DNA of 63,084 nt. Origin: Chthonomonas calidirosea. Lineage in GTDB: Bacteria > Armatimonadota > Fimbriimonadia > Fimbriimonadales > Fimbriimonadaceae. Made by a program: the position numbers and the translations under genes. The notes under the pieces were generated by a model. It did no database searches. It was not told the DNA's origin and saw only the letters and a program-made list of their open reading frames with translations. Of this stretch, positions 48,601 through 58,800 are shown piece by piece (within the stretch, counting starts at the first letter, position 1; each line of letters starts with the position of its first letter). The stretch covers positions 1-63,084 of the forward strand of contig CAMAPH010000014.1 in assembly GCA_945859975.1 (NCBI GenBank), read 5' to 3'.

Positions 48601-49137
48601 GCGGTGAAGCTCGCCGGGGTCGTCAGCAAGTACCGCGTGATCACAACCAAGAACGAAGGCAAGAAAATGCTGTCGTTCTCGCTGGAAGATTTCAGCGGTC
48701 AGATCGGCTGCACGGTGTTTCCAGCCTCTTTCGAGCGCCTGAAAGACATCATCGTCAAAGACGCCACGATCGTGCTCCACGGCTTCACGACGCATCGCGA
48801 GATGCGCGGCGAAAAGTCCATCGAAATTCGCGTGGACAAGGCCGAGCCACTGCCAGAAGTTGAAAATCTGCCCAGTCGAGACGACTCGGTGGCGGGAACG
48901 GTGCGGATCTCCATGCGCAAGGCCACCGAATCCACGCTCAAGTCATTGCGTAAACTAGTGGAGGATTCGCCGGGTAGCTACCAGTGCGTGATTCAGGTCA
49001 TCAACGACGACCGGCATTTGCCGATCTACTTGGTGCAGCAGGTGGACCCATCATCCATCTTTATCGATGCCGTGCGTGGCCAGTTCGGCGCGTCCGCCAT
49101 CGAAGTTCAACATTCCGATCTGTTGTCCCTTAACTAA
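45652..49137 (+). CDS. dnaE: DNA polymerase III alpha subunit
   Basis: PHP domain HNHTEYSLLDG, RGSAAGS, FERFLNPER.SMPDIDMDF, KMDFLGL, YAFNKAH, C-terminal OB fold. Confidence 0.99.
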   Translation: MCDRFVHIHNHTEYSLLDGANRISAMVARAKELEMEALAISDHGVMFGVVEFYNECTKAGVKPLLGVEAYVSPNGIQSKKGDGEKSAYHLLLLAKNIEGYRNLCRLSSIAALEGYYYKPRVDHEILRKYSAGVIATSACLGSEVCQELLKGDYNRAQYMAGMYSEMFGEGNFFIELQDHGLPEQRRINPDLVKIARELNLPLVATNDAHYRCKGDSEPHDVLLCIQTGSNVADTNRMKFQTEEFYLKDQKEMSALFRDYPEALENTARIAEMCNVQIVKEDAAMPQAATPEGVTSLEHLRELAYKGLKDRAKNPELSLDRLEYELDVITKTGFGDYFLLVREFANVARDKGIYYGVRGSAAGSLVSYCIGITDVDPVEYGLTFERFLNPERISMPDIDMDFEDARRDEVIQYVNDRFGKDHVAQIITFGTLGAKAAIKDCGRVMGYLPQETDRITKLIPGIPNTTLDKAYKEVTEFRELVDGDPRIRQLFDTAKSVEGMARNSGVHAAGVVISREPLMEYLPLYRGNDGQPVTAFAMGILEKIGMLKMDFLGLSNLTVLARCVENIKRRTGETLNIQSIEDGDTKTYEMLARGETTGVFQLEGGGMTRWVMQLKPASIRELAAMVALYRPGPMEHIPRFIDVKFGRQKAEYLDERMRPILEETYGVIVYQDQVMQLVQALAGFSLGKADVLRRAMGKKDAKALASMKTEFKQGTASNDISDESAETVWALLEPFAGYAFNKAHAVCYAILAYQTAYLKANYPVEYMAALLSVYLDKEDKVTAFIEECRRMKIAVLPPDVNESIGDFSVEAYKHEKSKRTVDAIRFGLVAIKGVGEGVVEGIVAERLESGPYEHLYEFADRTKSLGMNRIALEALVKAGALDSIDKNRRKLLEHVDGALQYADLQQRRRLGGQTSLFGGGVEEPESMPTLPTDIVAYTRTELLALEKEVMGIYVSDHPLRGMERSLQENSSATCSAALDLPDGTAVKLAGVVSKYRVITTKNEGKKMLSFSLEDFSGQIGCTVFPASFERLKDIIVKDATIVLHGFTTHREMRGEKSIEIRVDKAEPLPEVENLPSRDDSVAGTVRISMRKATESTLKSLRKLVEDSPGSYQCVIQVINDDRHLPIYLVQQVDPSSIFIDAVRGQFGASAIEVQHSDLLSLN

Positions 49138-49141
49138 ACTC

Positions 49142-49843
49142 ATGGTACTGACTCCATTACTCGGCGTAATGCTCATCGGCTTCCAGGCGAAGCCCGACGC
49201 GTTCGATTTTCACGCGGCCGACGTGACGATCATGCAATCGAAGCCGGTGCAAAAGGAGCTCAAGATCACCGAAGCCCAGCGGACGAAAATGAACACCTTC
49301 GCCAAGCGCCACGAGCAAACGCTCGCGACCTTGGAAAAGAAGTACGGCGCAAAAGCGAACGATCCAGCGGTCGCCGCAAAAGTACGCCCAGAACTCGAAA
49401 AGGCATTCGGCTTGCTAAAGAAGGACGTGCTCGCCGCCCTTTCCGCCACTCAGCTCAAGCGGCTCCGAGAAATCAATTTGCAGCGACTCGGGATCACGGC
49501 GCTGACGGACGAGAAGGTTGCTACCAAAGTGGGGCTGTCCTCTGCGCGGCTAAAACAGTATCGAGACGCGTACACGGCTGGCGCAAACGAATCCGCGAAG
49601 TTGCAGCAAGAGGCCGCAAACCCGGTGCTTACCAAGTATCAATCCGTGCGACCGAAGAGCGAAGCAGAAAGCAAAACCTTGCGAGCTAAGTTCGAATCGG
49701 AAATGCAAGCCGCCGGGGTCAAGGTAAAGCCGAAGTTGGACGCCGTCGAAGCGCGAACCAAGAAAAAGCTCGAAGGCATCATGACTCCCGCGCAGCGAGC
49801 TTCGTTCAAGGCGCTTCAAGGAAAGCCCTTCAAGCCCGCCTAG
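49142..49843 (+). CDS. Hypothetical secreted alpha-helical protein (LTXXQ-like repeats)
   Basis: Signal-like N-terminus, ITEAQR, LSATQLKRL and MTPAQR motifs. Confidence 0.75.
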   Translation: MVLTPLLGVMLIGFQAKPDAFDFHAADVTIMQSKPVQKELKITEAQRTKMNTFAKRHEQTLATLEKKYGAKANDPAVAAKVRPELEKAFGLLKKDVLAALSATQLKRLREINLQRLGITALTDEKVATKVGLSSARLKQYRDAYTAGANESAKLQQEAANPVLTKYQSVRPKSEAESKTLRAKFESEMQAAGVKVKPKLDAVEARTKKKLEGIMTPAQRASFKALQGKPFKPA

Positions 49844-49845
49844 AA

Positions 49846-50448
49846 ATGTCCATTTCACGCCTCGTTATAGCGACCCACAACGCCAAAAAGGCGGGTGAAA
49901 TGGTCACGATCTTGTCCGGGCATTTCCCGGAGTTGGAGATCCGAACCCTCGCCGACTATCCAAACGCGCCCGAACCAGAAGAGACGGGCACGACCTATTC
50001 CGAAAACTCGCTGATCAAGGCTCTCAGCGCAGTTGAGGCGACGGGCGAATGGTGCGTAGCCGATGATGCCGGGCTCGAAATCGACGCCATGGGCGGCGAA
50101 CCAGGGCTTTACAGCAAGCGATTCGCCGGGGAAGACACGCCGTTTCCCGAGAAGATGCGCATCATTCTAGAGCGACTCTCAGGCATAGAAGAAGCGGGCC
50201 GAGGGGCGCGTTTTGTTTGCTCGGTCGCCCTCGCTTCTCCCACCGGTGAGTCAAAAGTTTTTCAGTCGACCTGCGAAGGGAAGATAAGCACCGCGCCGAG
50301 CGGGAACGGTGGCTTCGGCTACGACCCCATCTTCTGGCTACCGGAGCAGGGCCGGACGATGGCCGATCTCACTGCCGAAGAGAAGCACCAAATCAGCCAT
50401 CGCGGCAAGGTGCTTCGACAACTTCGCGACTATCTCGCTACCCTTTAA
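49846..50448 (+). CDS. rdgB: Non-canonical purine NTP pyrophosphatase (RdgB/HAM1)
   Basis: ATHNAKK, ADDAGL, PGLYSKRF, GFGYDPIF, ISHRG. Confidence 0.96.
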   Translation: MSISRLVIATHNAKKAGEMVTILSGHFPELEIRTLADYPNAPEPEETGTTYSENSLIKALSAVEATGEWCVADDAGLEIDAMGGEPGLYSKRFAGEDTPFPEKMRIILERLSGIEEAGRGARFVCSVALASPTGESKVFQSTCEGKISTAPSGNGGFGYDPIFWLPEQGRTMADLTAEEKHQISHRGKVLRQLRDYLATL

Positions 50449-51403
50449 AGAGCGATTTCGCCATGAACATCATATTGGCGGGCCGCTCGGCTAGCCGCCG
50501 AGTGAAGTACGGATACCAGGCATCACCAAACGGGACGTAAACCCGGACGTTGAATCCTTCGTTGACCAAGCCTTCCTGAAGATCGCGCCGGATGCCGTAA
50601 AGCATCTGGAACTCAAAGCTCTGCCGATCGATCTTTTCGGCCTCAACATAGCGCTTGAGTTCATTGATGATCGTTTCATCCTGGGTGGCAATCGCCGGAT
50701 AGAAACCTGCCGAAAGCAGCCGCTTTGCCTGCCGAACGTAAGCTTCGTCAACCTTTGCCTTCTCTGGGAAAGCAACCGACGCGGGTTCGAGATAGGCACC
50801 CTTCACGATCCGCACTCGGGCACCGATGGCAATCATTCTCTCGACATCCTCGTCGGTTCGGAAAAGGTAGCTCTGAAGGACGGTTCCGGTGTTCTTGAAT
50901 TCGGGCCAAACCTTCTCGATCATTTCGATCGTGCGCTCCGTGTACTCGGAGGCTTCCATGTCCACCCGCACGAAGTTGCCACGATCCTTGGCAATCTGGA
51001 GGACATCTCGGAAGTTCTTCTCCGCGAATTCAAGGCTCTGATCCAAGCCGCACTGCGTGAGTTTGATGCTGATATTCAGAGGGTCACGGGCGATCTTGGG
51101 CTCGTGTCCATGCTCTTTAACGAAGGTCGCAAACTCCGGCACCGTCGAAATCCGCTCAAGCATCTTGCTGTAGGTCGCCTTTGCCGCGAGTGCTTCGGCT
51201 TCGCTCTTGGTGTTCTCGCCGAGATAGTCGAGCGTGACTTTGATCCCTTTCTTGAGCACGACTTCGCACGCGCTTAGAGATTCTTCCAGCGTGTCGCCAG
51301 CGATAAAACGGCTCACCAACGGTCGAAACGTGCGGGAACCCCGAACAATCCGTTCCACCGGCTTCAGTGACGATGTCTTCAGGATCAGGTTGCGCGCGAT
51401 CAT
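50438..51403 (-). CDS. Monofunctional proline dehydrogenase
   Basis: SIKLTQCG, VRVDME, RIVKGAY, EFQMLYGIR, YVPFG..WYPYFTRRLAERPAN. Confidence 0.96.
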   Translation of the reverse strand: MIARNLILKTSSLKPVERIVRGSRTFRPLVSRFIAGDTLEESLSACEVVLKKGIKVTLDYLGENTKSEAEALAAKATYSKMLERISTVPEFATFVKEHGHEPKIARDPLNISIKLTQCGLDQSLEFAEKNFRDVLQIAKDRGNFVRVDMEASEYTERTIEMIEKVWPEFKNTGTVLQSYLFRTDEDVERMIAIGARVRIVKGAYLEPASVAFPEKAKVDEAYVRQAKRLLSAGFYPAIATQDETIINELKRYVEAEKIDRQSFEFQMLYGIRRDLQEGLVNEGFNVRVYVPFGDAWYPYFTRRLAERPANMMFMAKSLFKG

Positions 51404-51446
51404 ATATTAAATCAAGTGTACCGGGGGGATTTAGTAGACTCTGCCG

Positions 51447-52334
51447 ATGCCTCGAGTCACGGTTGCCTTAGCGGTTTACAACGGGGCGGCTACCTTGCGG
51501 GAGGCGCTTGAAACCGTCTTCGCGCAAACCTATCGGGACTACGACGTTTTAGTGCTGGACGACGGCAGCACAGACGAATCTGTAAAGATCGCGGAAGAGT
51601 TTCCGGTCCGATTGATTCAGCAGCCCAACGCCGGGCTCGGCGCAGGTCGAAAGCGCCTCACTGAGGAAGCAACTGGCGATTACATTGCCTTCATCGATCA
51701 CGACGATTTCTGGCTCCCAGAGAAGCTCGAACTCCAAATGGCCGACATCGAATCTGGCGGCTTTGATCTGGTTCACGCTGACGGTTGGTACATCTATGAA
51801 GACGGCCGGGAAGTGCCGCGAGATTGGAGCATCCTAAGCACCAGTCGTGCTTGGGATCACATTCTGCCCAGCAACCGCGTGATCGCTAGTTCGGCGGTCT
51901 ACCGGCGTGAAGCGATGCTCGCTGCCGGAAATTTCGTCGCCGACACCGTTCGCTGCTCGGATTGGTACGGCTGGATGCTCCTGGCCCCTGGAAACCGATT
52001 CCACCATCGTCCCGAAAAGCTTGTGCGCTACAACGTGCTCTCAACCAGCTTGGCCAACGCCGGCTACCGGTTCCATGCCGCGCAGCTTCACATTCTTGAG
52101 AATCACTTCGTCCCGAAACTGCCGACCCTGATGGCCGATATAGCGGCTTCAGAGCAAAGGACGTACCGGAAAATGATCCAACAGAACATCGGCATCGCGC
52201 TCAGCGGAATGGCTCGTCACAAGCGGGCCGCTGGGGAGAAAAAGGAAGCCCGCGCGCTTGCCTTGCGAGCTTTAAAAGCCTCGCCCACCACGCCGAAAGT
52301 TCTCACGCGGTCGCTGTCAGTTTTGTTAACCTAA
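51447..52334 (+). CDS. GT2 family glycosyltransferase
   Basis: YNGAATL, DDGSTD, AFIDHDD motifs. Confidence 0.93.
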   Translation: MPRVTVALAVYNGAATLREALETVFAQTYRDYDVLVLDDGSTDESVKIAEEFPVRLIQQPNAGLGAGRKRLTEEATGDYIAFIDHDDFWLPEKLELQMADIESGGFDLVHADGWYIYEDGREVPRDWSILSTSRAWDHILPSNRVIASSAVYRREAMLAAGNFVADTVRCSDWYGWMLLAPGNRFHHRPEKLVRYNVLSTSLANAGYRFHAAQLHILENHFVPKLPTLMADIAASEQRTYRKMIQQNIGIALSGMARHKRAAGEKKEARALALRALKASPTTPKVLTRSLSVLLT

Positions 52335-52338
52335 TGCC

Positions 52339-53535
52339 ATGAACGCCCTCCTGCGCCTTATCCGAGACCTCGGCAGTCGCCGGAGCCGGCACCTTATCTA
52401 TTTGCTGCACCAGTGGGCAATGGTGCCGTTTCTCATTCTCTGGATACGGGAAGAGAACATCCGGCAACTGATGGGCGAAACGATCATGAATCGGCTCGAG
52501 CCGATGGTCGTGGGAGTCCTCGTTTACTTGAGCGCCAGAACGTTTTGGGCGTACCGAACCGGTGAACGCCAACCCTGGGAATACATCTTCCCACCGCTCG
52601 ACGTGATTCTTATCACGATCGTTTTGTACACGACCCATCGCGGGCCAATGAGCAATCTCACGTTGCTCTACTTCTTCCCGTTGGTCGCCGCGAGCGGGGC
52701 ACTGAACGTGCGTTGGTCGCTTGCGGTTGGGATTATGGTGGTGATTGGCACCGCAGTGGCGACCATTCCGGCCATTGGCGAAACCGCGATCGCGCAAACA
52801 TTGACGGTTGAGGTCCTCCGTTCCGAAAGACTCAACATCGGCTTTCGGCTGTACTTCGTTATTCTCATTGCGAGCCTCATGGCCTTCCAGGCTCGGTACA
52901 GTGCCGAACTCAAAGAACGCCTCGCCGTTGCTGCCGACCGAAACCGCATTGCCATGGAGATGCACGACGGCGTTCAGGGCAGGCTTGTCGGGATGGCGAG
53001 CCAACTCGAGCTGATCGCCCAAACGCTTGCCAAACGGACCGACAATGACCCGATGCATGGCTTAGTGACGGAAGTACGGCAAGATGTGCGCGAATCGGCC
53101 GATGAGCTGCGATTCTTGGTTCAGCGTCTTCGGTCTGCCAGCCTGGCAGACGGATTCGTACCAGCGCTAAGGCAGTACTGCAGCAATTTCTGTCAACGAA
53201 TTGGCGTGAACCTAGAGTTCTCCGCCGAAGCCACCGTGGACCTTGGGCCCGAGCAAGAAGCGGCCCTGTTCCGCATCGCTCAGGAAGTGCTGACCAACGT
53301 CGCCAAGCATGCCAAAGCCACGACCGTCAACGTCACGCTTGCTAAAACCGGAACCGGCACTGGACTTTGGATCGCCGATGACGGCGTCGGCTTCGACCCA
53401 GTGACGCAACCGGAAGGCTACGGCGTGCAAAGCATCAAAGATCGCGCCGCCGGAATCAACGGCACCGCCGACATTCAGTCCAAACTAGGCGAAGGCACAA
53501 AAGTGCACATTCACGTGGGAGCCGAAAACCAATGA
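52339..53535 (+). CDS. Membrane sensor histidine kinase (HisKA_3, NarX/DesK type)
   Basis: RIAMEMHDGV, FRIAQEVLTNVAKHA, DDGVGF, GTKV. Confidence 0.94.
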   Translation: MNALLRLIRDLGSRRSRHLIYLLHQWAMVPFLILWIREENIRQLMGETIMNRLEPMVVGVLVYLSARTFWAYRTGERQPWEYIFPPLDVILITIVLYTTHRGPMSNLTLLYFFPLVAASGALNVRWSLAVGIMVVIGTAVATIPAIGETAIAQTLTVEVLRSERLNIGFRLYFVILIASLMAFQARYSAELKERLAVAADRNRIAMEMHDGVQGRLVGMASQLELIAQTLAKRTDNDPMHGLVTEVRQDVRESADELRFLVQRLRSASLADGFVPALRQYCSNFCQRIGVNLEFSAEATVDLGPEQEAALFRIAQEVLTNVAKHAKATTVNVTLAKTGTGTGLWIADDGVGFDPVTQPEGYGVQSIKDRAAGINGTADIQSKLGEGTKVHIHVGAENQ

Positions 53536-54203
53536 GCTCAATCAAAGTCTTAATCGCCGAAGATGACCTGAAGCTACGCCGAACCCTCGTGCAACTCATC
53601 GGCTTGGAGTCTGATCTGAGCGTTGTGTCAGACGTTGGAAACGGCGAAAAAGCGCTGGCCGAAGCCGCAATTTTGAAGCCGGATGTCGTGTTGTCTGATA
53701 TCGACATGCCGATCATGGATGGCATTTCGCTGACCCGAGAACTCCGCCGACTGCTGCCTGCAACCCAAATCGTGATCCTGACCAAGTTCGGTGATGACGA
53801 AAACGTCTTCGCGGCCCTCAAGGCTGGCGCTCTCGGTTACGTTTTGAAAGACTCCGGCCTCGAAGAACTGAGCCGAGGGATCCGCGCCGCCCATGCTGGG
53901 GAAGGAGTCTTGTCCCCCAGCCTCGTGGCCCGAGTCATGGCCGAATTCACGCGGGTATCTGCTGGAGCCCTCCACAACCGAAAGCTCTTCGCCGAACTCT
54001 CACGTCGCGAAATCGAAGTGCTGGAGTGCATCTCCGTCGGGATGAGGAACGCCCAAATTGCCGAGAAGCTGTTCCTAAGCGAAAAAACGGTGAAGAGCCA
54101 TGTCGGATCGATTCTCAAAAAGCTTGAGGTCAACGACAGAACAGAGGCCGCCTTGCTTGCTCAGCAGAGCGGCCTCTTGAGTCCAGAACTGAATCGCGAC
54201 TAG
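53532..54203 (+). CDS. NarL/LuxR family response regulator
   Basis: REC domain (DIDMP) plus LSRREIEVL...LSEKTVKSHV HTH. Confidence 0.96.
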   Translation: MSSIKVLIAEDDLKLRRTLVQLIGLESDLSVVSDVGNGEKALAEAAILKPDVVLSDIDMPIMDGISLTRELRRLLPATQIVILTKFGDDENVFAALKAGALGYVLKDSGLEELSRGIRAAHAGEGVLSPSLVARVMAEFTRVSAGALHNRKLFAELSRREIEVLECISVGMRNAQIAEKLFLSEKTVKSHVGSILKKLEVNDRTEAALLAQQSGLLSPELNRD

Positions 54204-54204
54204 C

Positions 54205-56751
54205 TCAATCGTCGATTTCGATCTTCGATCGGTCAACCGCGCTGTTGCGGCGTCGGACCTGACCGTAAGTTCGAGCACCCGGAGCGCCTGGGGCGGTCGG
54301 CTGAGCCGTTCCAGCTGCGGCGGTTGCCGTCGCGTTCTGCGAAGCATAGATGCGGCGTCGATTGACGTCCTCTCTCGCCAGTCCCATCAGGCCAGCGTTC
54401 TCGCCGTGCTTCTTCATGACTGCCTTATCCCAAACCCAGAGGATCGGGGAAGCGTTGAAGATCGAGCTGTACGTTCCGGAGATGATGCCCGCAAGCATCG
54501 TGACGCAGAACAGCTTAAGGTCTGGAGTCGTCGTGCCGGTGAAGAGCAGGATGACCAACGTCGCAATAACCGTCATCGAAGTGTTGATCGATCGCGCGAA
54601 CGACTGGCTGATACTTCGGTTGACAAGGTTCTCGAAGTCCTCGTCAGGCTGCGGGTGTGCCAAGTTCTCCCGAATTCGGTCGAAGATGACGATCGTGTCG
54701 TGAACAGAGAAGCCGATAACCGTCAGCATCGAGGTGATGAACAGTCCAGACACTTCCCATCCGTAAAGGAAGCCAACGATTGCGGTGATGCCAAGCACGA
54801 CGAGAATATCGTGAAGCAGAGCGCCGATGGCCGAGAAGCCAAATCGGAGTCCCGATTTGAACCCACCAACCCCGAATCCGAAGCGCAAGGCGAGGTATGC
54901 GGTGATCAGCGCGGAGGAAATCAGAATTCCCAAAAGGGCATTCCGTATCATTTCCGCCTGAATAGCTGGCCCGACCGAAGCGCTGCCTTTCACGTCTGCA
55001 GGAGTAAAGCCCGCCGCTTCCGTGATCTTCTTGATGGAATCAGCTTCAGAAAGGTCTTTCAGGCCGCCATCTCGTGGAGCAGTGACAATCGCAACTCGCT
55101 GAGCGCCTTCACCACCGAACTTGACGTTTGCGCCGGCGATGCCTGCCTTCTCAAGCGTTTCGGCCAGACCAGCCGCGGTGACTTCCTTCGAGCCAACGCT
55201 GAACTGGGCTTCATAGCCGCCGCGGAATTCAACGTTGCCCTTAAGGCCGTTGAGCGGATAGACGAACGGAAGTCCGACGATAACCGTGACAACCGAAATG
55301 GCGAACCAAAGCTTCGTCTTCTGAAGAACCTTGATCGGATTCGTGTCGGCGGTCTTTTCGAACTTCTCACCGAACCAGCTTCGCTCGAGGGCGTACAGCT
55401 TGGGGTTCGTTCCGATTCCGGAACCAACAAGGAAGAGAAGCAGCGATCGCGTAACCGTGATCGCCGTGAACAGCGAGATGATCAAGCCGATGATCAGGGT
55501 GGTCGCGAAGCCCTTAACCGGTCCAGTGCCAAGGGTCGCCAAGACCAACGACGTGATGATCGTACAAACGTTCGAGTCGATAATTGCCGGGAGGGCTCGT
55601 CCAAAGCCGAGCTGAATTCCGCTGGCTAGCGACTTGCCAGACTTCATTTCTTCCTTAAATCGCTCGAACACCAGAACGTTGGCGTCGACTGCCATACCGA
55701 CGGAAAGGATAAATCCTGCGATTGCGGCAAGCGAGAAGGTCGCTCCGAATAGCTTCAGCGCGGTGATCGTGAAGAGGACATACAGAAGAAGCGCAACGAG
55801 CGCGACCAGGCCTGGGAAGGCGTAATAAACGACAAGGAAGACGGCAATGACGGCGAAGGAAATGATGCCCGCGTAGACCATCTTGTCTAGCGCCTGCTTT
55901 CCGATCGTCGGGTCAACCTGTTCGCTGCTGAGTTCCTTCAGGTCAACGGGAAGGGAACCGGCATTGAGCAGGTCCACAAGTCGCGTTACGTATTCCGGCT
56001 TGAATGTGCCAGTGATCACGGCGTTCGAAGACAGGATGGTGTTGTCATTCAAACGGGCAATGCTGAGGACTTTGCCGTCAAGAACCGTGGCAATTCGGGC
56101 TCCGGAGTTAATGTTCTTTCGACTCCATTCCTCCATCTTCGCCGAGCCTGCCGTACTGAAATTCATGAGCGGCTGGAAGCTATCACCGGCGGGCTGAGCA
56201 GCCGCATTGGCCAGGTCATCGCCACTTAAAATGAGCTTCCAACCCTTGATCATATTTTCGTATTCCGGCGTGCCGGGAACGATTTCTGGGGCGGTTGGAG
56301 AACTACTTCTTCGGAAGTTGACGATCGGAGTGACGTCGTCCTTTTCGGCGGCCACGAAAAGATTGAATGGTTTCTTTTCGGTGACGACCGTCGTGGCGTC
56401 GTAAATCTCAATTCGAGCGCTCGTTCCGATGATCGAACGGGCTTCATCAATGTTCGTGAAGCCAGGGAGTTCGATAACGAACTGATCCTCACCTTTCGGC
56501 ACAACCACCGGCTCGGCCACACCAAACGACCCGGAGGCGCGGTTGATAAGGATGGTCTGCACCTTTTCGCGGATGGATCCCAGACTGCTTTTTTGCTCAG
56601 CGGTGAGCTTGCTGGTGTCCATTTGGTACGTGAACCGGACGCCACCTTTGACGTCCAGGCCGTACTTGTAGTCGAAACGGGTGTAGATGAAGCCAGCCAG
56701 AACACCGAGCGCGATGACGGCCAACAGGAATAAGTAGCTCTTAGAACGCAA
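54205..56751 (-). CDS. secDF: Fused protein translocase SecDF
   Basis: GLDVKGG, GMAVDANVLVFERFKEE, IIDSN, GFSVHDTIVIFDRIREN, GTYSSIF. Confidence 0.97.
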   Translation of the reverse strand: MRSKSYLFLLAVIALGVLAGFIYTRFDYKYGLDVKGGVRFTYQMDTSKLTAEQKSSLGSIREKVQTILINRASGSFGVAEPVVVPKGEDQFVIELPGFTNIDEARSIIGTSARIEIYDATTVVTEKKPFNLFVAAEKDDVTPIVNFRRSSSPTAPEIVPGTPEYENMIKGWKLILSGDDLANAAAQPAGDSFQPLMNFSTAGSAKMEEWSRKNINSGARIATVLDGKVLSIARLNDNTILSSNAVITGTFKPEYVTRLVDLLNAGSLPVDLKELSSEQVDPTIGKQALDKMVYAGIISFAVIAVFLVVYYAFPGLVALVALLLYVLFTITALKLFGATFSLAAIAGFILSVGMAVDANVLVFERFKEEMKSGKSLASGIQLGFGRALPAIIDSNVCTIITSLVLATLGTGPVKGFATTLIIGLIISLFTAITVTRSLLLFLVGSGIGTNPKLYALERSWFGEKFEKTADTNPIKVLQKTKLWFAISVVTVIVGLPFVYPLNGLKGNVEFRGGYEAQFSVGSKEVTAAGLAETLEKAGIAGANVKFGGEGAQRVAIVTAPRDGGLKDLSEADSIKKITEAAGFTPADVKGSASVGPAIQAEMIRNALLGILISSALITAYLALRFGFGVGGFKSGLRFGFSAIGALLHDILVVLGITAIVGFLYGWEVSGLFITSMLTVIGFSVHDTIVIFDRIRENLAHPQPDEDFENLVNRSISQSFARSINTSMTVIATLVILLFTGTTTPDLKLFCVTMLAGIISGTYSSIFNASPILWVWDKAVMKKHGENAGLMGLAREDVNRRRIYASQNATATAAAGTAQPTAPGAPGARTYGQVRRRNSAVDRSKIEIDD

Positions 56752-56829
56752 AGTTTTTCACACGCCTCCGGGCGTTAGGCGACCGGCTTTGGCGAAAATT
56801 GCCAAAGCCGACCGAACTCTCAGTATAGA

Positions 56830-58770
56830 TCACCGACCGAGAAGAGATTTCGCGGCAGTTACAACGGCATCGGGCGTGATGCCCAACTCTCGCATGACCA
56901 AATCGCCCGGGGCCGAGAGGCCAAACCGGTCGATTCCAATGCATTCGTCTGCGTACTTGTGCCATCCAAGCGTCGCGCCAGCTTCGATCGAAACCGTCGG
57001 AACTCCCTTTGGTAGCACCATCTCTCGGTAAGCCGCAGATTGTTTCTCGAATAGGAACCAAGAAGGCAAGCTAACAACTCGCGCGATGATTCCTTCGCCG
57101 GCCAAAGTTGCCGCGGCCGCAACGCAGTGCTGCAGCTCGCTTCCGGTACCGATCAAGACCACGTCTGGAGTCGACTCTGGCCCGGAAAGGATGTAGCCAC
57201 CTTGATGCGCAGGGTGCACGAGGACGTCATCCGGAGTGATCGCTGGTAGCGCCTGTCGTGAGAGGGCGAGCAGAGTTGGGTTTGACGTGCTTTCGAGGGC
57301 AAGCTTCCAACCAACCGCCGTCTCGTAGCCGTCCGCCGGGCGGAAGAGATTGAAGTTCGGAATCGCGCGGAGGGAAGCGAGCTGCTCAATCGGCTCGTGA
57401 GTCGGGCCGTCCTCTCCGACGCCAACCGAGTCGTGTGTGAACACGAAGATGCTCGGGCATTCCATCAGAGCGGCAAGGCGCAAGGCTGGTCGAGCGTAGT
57501 CGCTGAAGATAAGGAATGAAGCGCCAAATCCGCGAACGCCGCCATGGAGATTGATGCCGTTGACCGCCGCGATCATCGCGTGCTCGCGAACGCCAAAGTT
57601 GATCGTCCGACCGCCAGGCGTGGTCGCCGAAAAGTCACCAAGACCCTTCTGGGTGGTCAGGTTGCTCTCCGCAAGGTCCGCGGAACCACCGAGCAGTCCC
57701 TTCAGGGAACCAGCGATGCTGTTGATAACGGTCTCAGAAGCCTTTCGGGTCGCAACCTTGTCGCTCACCGTCGGCAGCTTGGAAAGCCAAGCATTGCCCA
57801 AGTCGCCTGAAGCAAGCTGCTTGAGCTCGTCGGATGCAGAAGCGTTCCACTTCTCGTAGGCCGCCGCGCCTTTCGCGGCGACGGCTGCGTACTGCGCCGG
57901 AACTTCTTCCGGAACGTGGAACGGCTCGGGCGAAATGCCAAGCGCGGCCTTCGTTGCGGCCAATTCCTCCGCTCCGAACGGATTGCTGTGAGCCTTGTTC
58001 GTGCCGGCAAGCTTCGGACTACCGAAGCCGATCACGGTTTTCGCGAGAATCAACGACGGCTTGTCCGTTTCCAGCTTCGCTTCCAAAATCGCGCGATCAA
58101 CGGCTTCCAAGTCCATGCCGTCAATTCGCTGAGTCTGCCAACCCATCGCGTCAAATCGTGCGGCGACATCTTCCGTGAACGAAAGGCTGGTCTTGCCATC
58201 AATCGTAATTCCGTTATCGTCGTAAAGCCAAATCAGTTTTCCAAGTCCGAGGTGTCCCGCGAGCGAAGCCGCTTCGTTCGAAACGCCTTCCATCAAGTCA
58301 CCGTCCGAGCAGATCGCATACGTAAAGTGATCGACTTGGCCAGGGAACTGGCTTCTCAGATGTGCCTCCGCAATGGCCATACCAACGGTGTGAGCGACGC
58401 CTTGGCCCAGCGGACCCGTTGCCATTTCCACGCCCGGAGTGTGAGTGTTCTCTGGGTGGCCGGGCGTGATGCTGTGGAGCTGGCGGAATGCCTTGAGGTC
58501 ACTGATGCTCACGTCGTAACCGGCGAGGTGGAGCAGCGAGTAGATGAGCATCGAGCCATGACCGGCCGAGAGCACAAATCGGTCTCGATCGAGCCAATGA
58601 GGCTCGGCTGGATTGAACTTCAGATGCCGAGTCCACAGCACATGGGCCATCGGCGCGGCACCCAAAGGAAGACCCGCGTGACCGCTCTTGGCTGCTTCAA
58701 CACCGTCTAGCGATAAGCCACGGATTGTATTAATCGAAAGGTTGTCGAGGTCAGAAAATGGCGCACCCAC
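56830..58770 (-). CDS. tkt: Transketolase
   Basis: [55 protein letters not shown]. Confidence 0.99.
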   Translation of the reverse strand: MGAPFSDLDNLSINTIRGLSLDGVEAAKSGHAGLPLGAAPMAHVLWTRHLKFNPAEPHWLDRDRFVLSAGHGSMLIYSLLHLAGYDVSISDLKAFRQLHSITPGHPENTHTPGVEMATGPLGQGVAHTVGMAIAEAHLRSQFPGQVDHFTYAICSDGDLMEGVSNEAASLAGHLGLGKLIWLYDDNGITIDGKTSLSFTEDVAARFDAMGWQTQRIDGMDLEAVDRAILEAKLETDKPSLILAKTVIGFGSPKLAGTNKAHSNPFGAEELAATKAALGISPEPFHVPEEVPAQYAAVAAKGAAAYEKWNASASDELKQLASGDLGNAWLSKLPTVSDKVATRKASETVINSIAGSLKGLLGGSADLAESNLTTQKGLGDFSATTPGGRTINFGVREHAMIAAVNGINLHGGVRGFGASFLIFSDYARPALRLAALMECPSIFVFTHDSVGVGEDGPTHEPIEQLASLRAIPNFNLFRPADGYETAVGWKLALESTSNPTLLALSRQALPAITPDDVLVHPAHQGGYILSGPESTPDVVLIGTGSELQHCVAAAATLAGEGIIARVVSLPSWFLFEKQSAAYREMVLPKGVPTVSIEAGATLGWHKYADECIGIDRFGLSAPGDLVMRELGITPDAVVTAAKSLLGR

Positions 58771-58800
58771 GTTCGGCAGGGTACCCGCGACGGTTTAAGG

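Noticed and set aside
3864..49137. Inteins in dnaB or dnaE
   Set aside because: Both proteins are of normal length with contiguous motifs.
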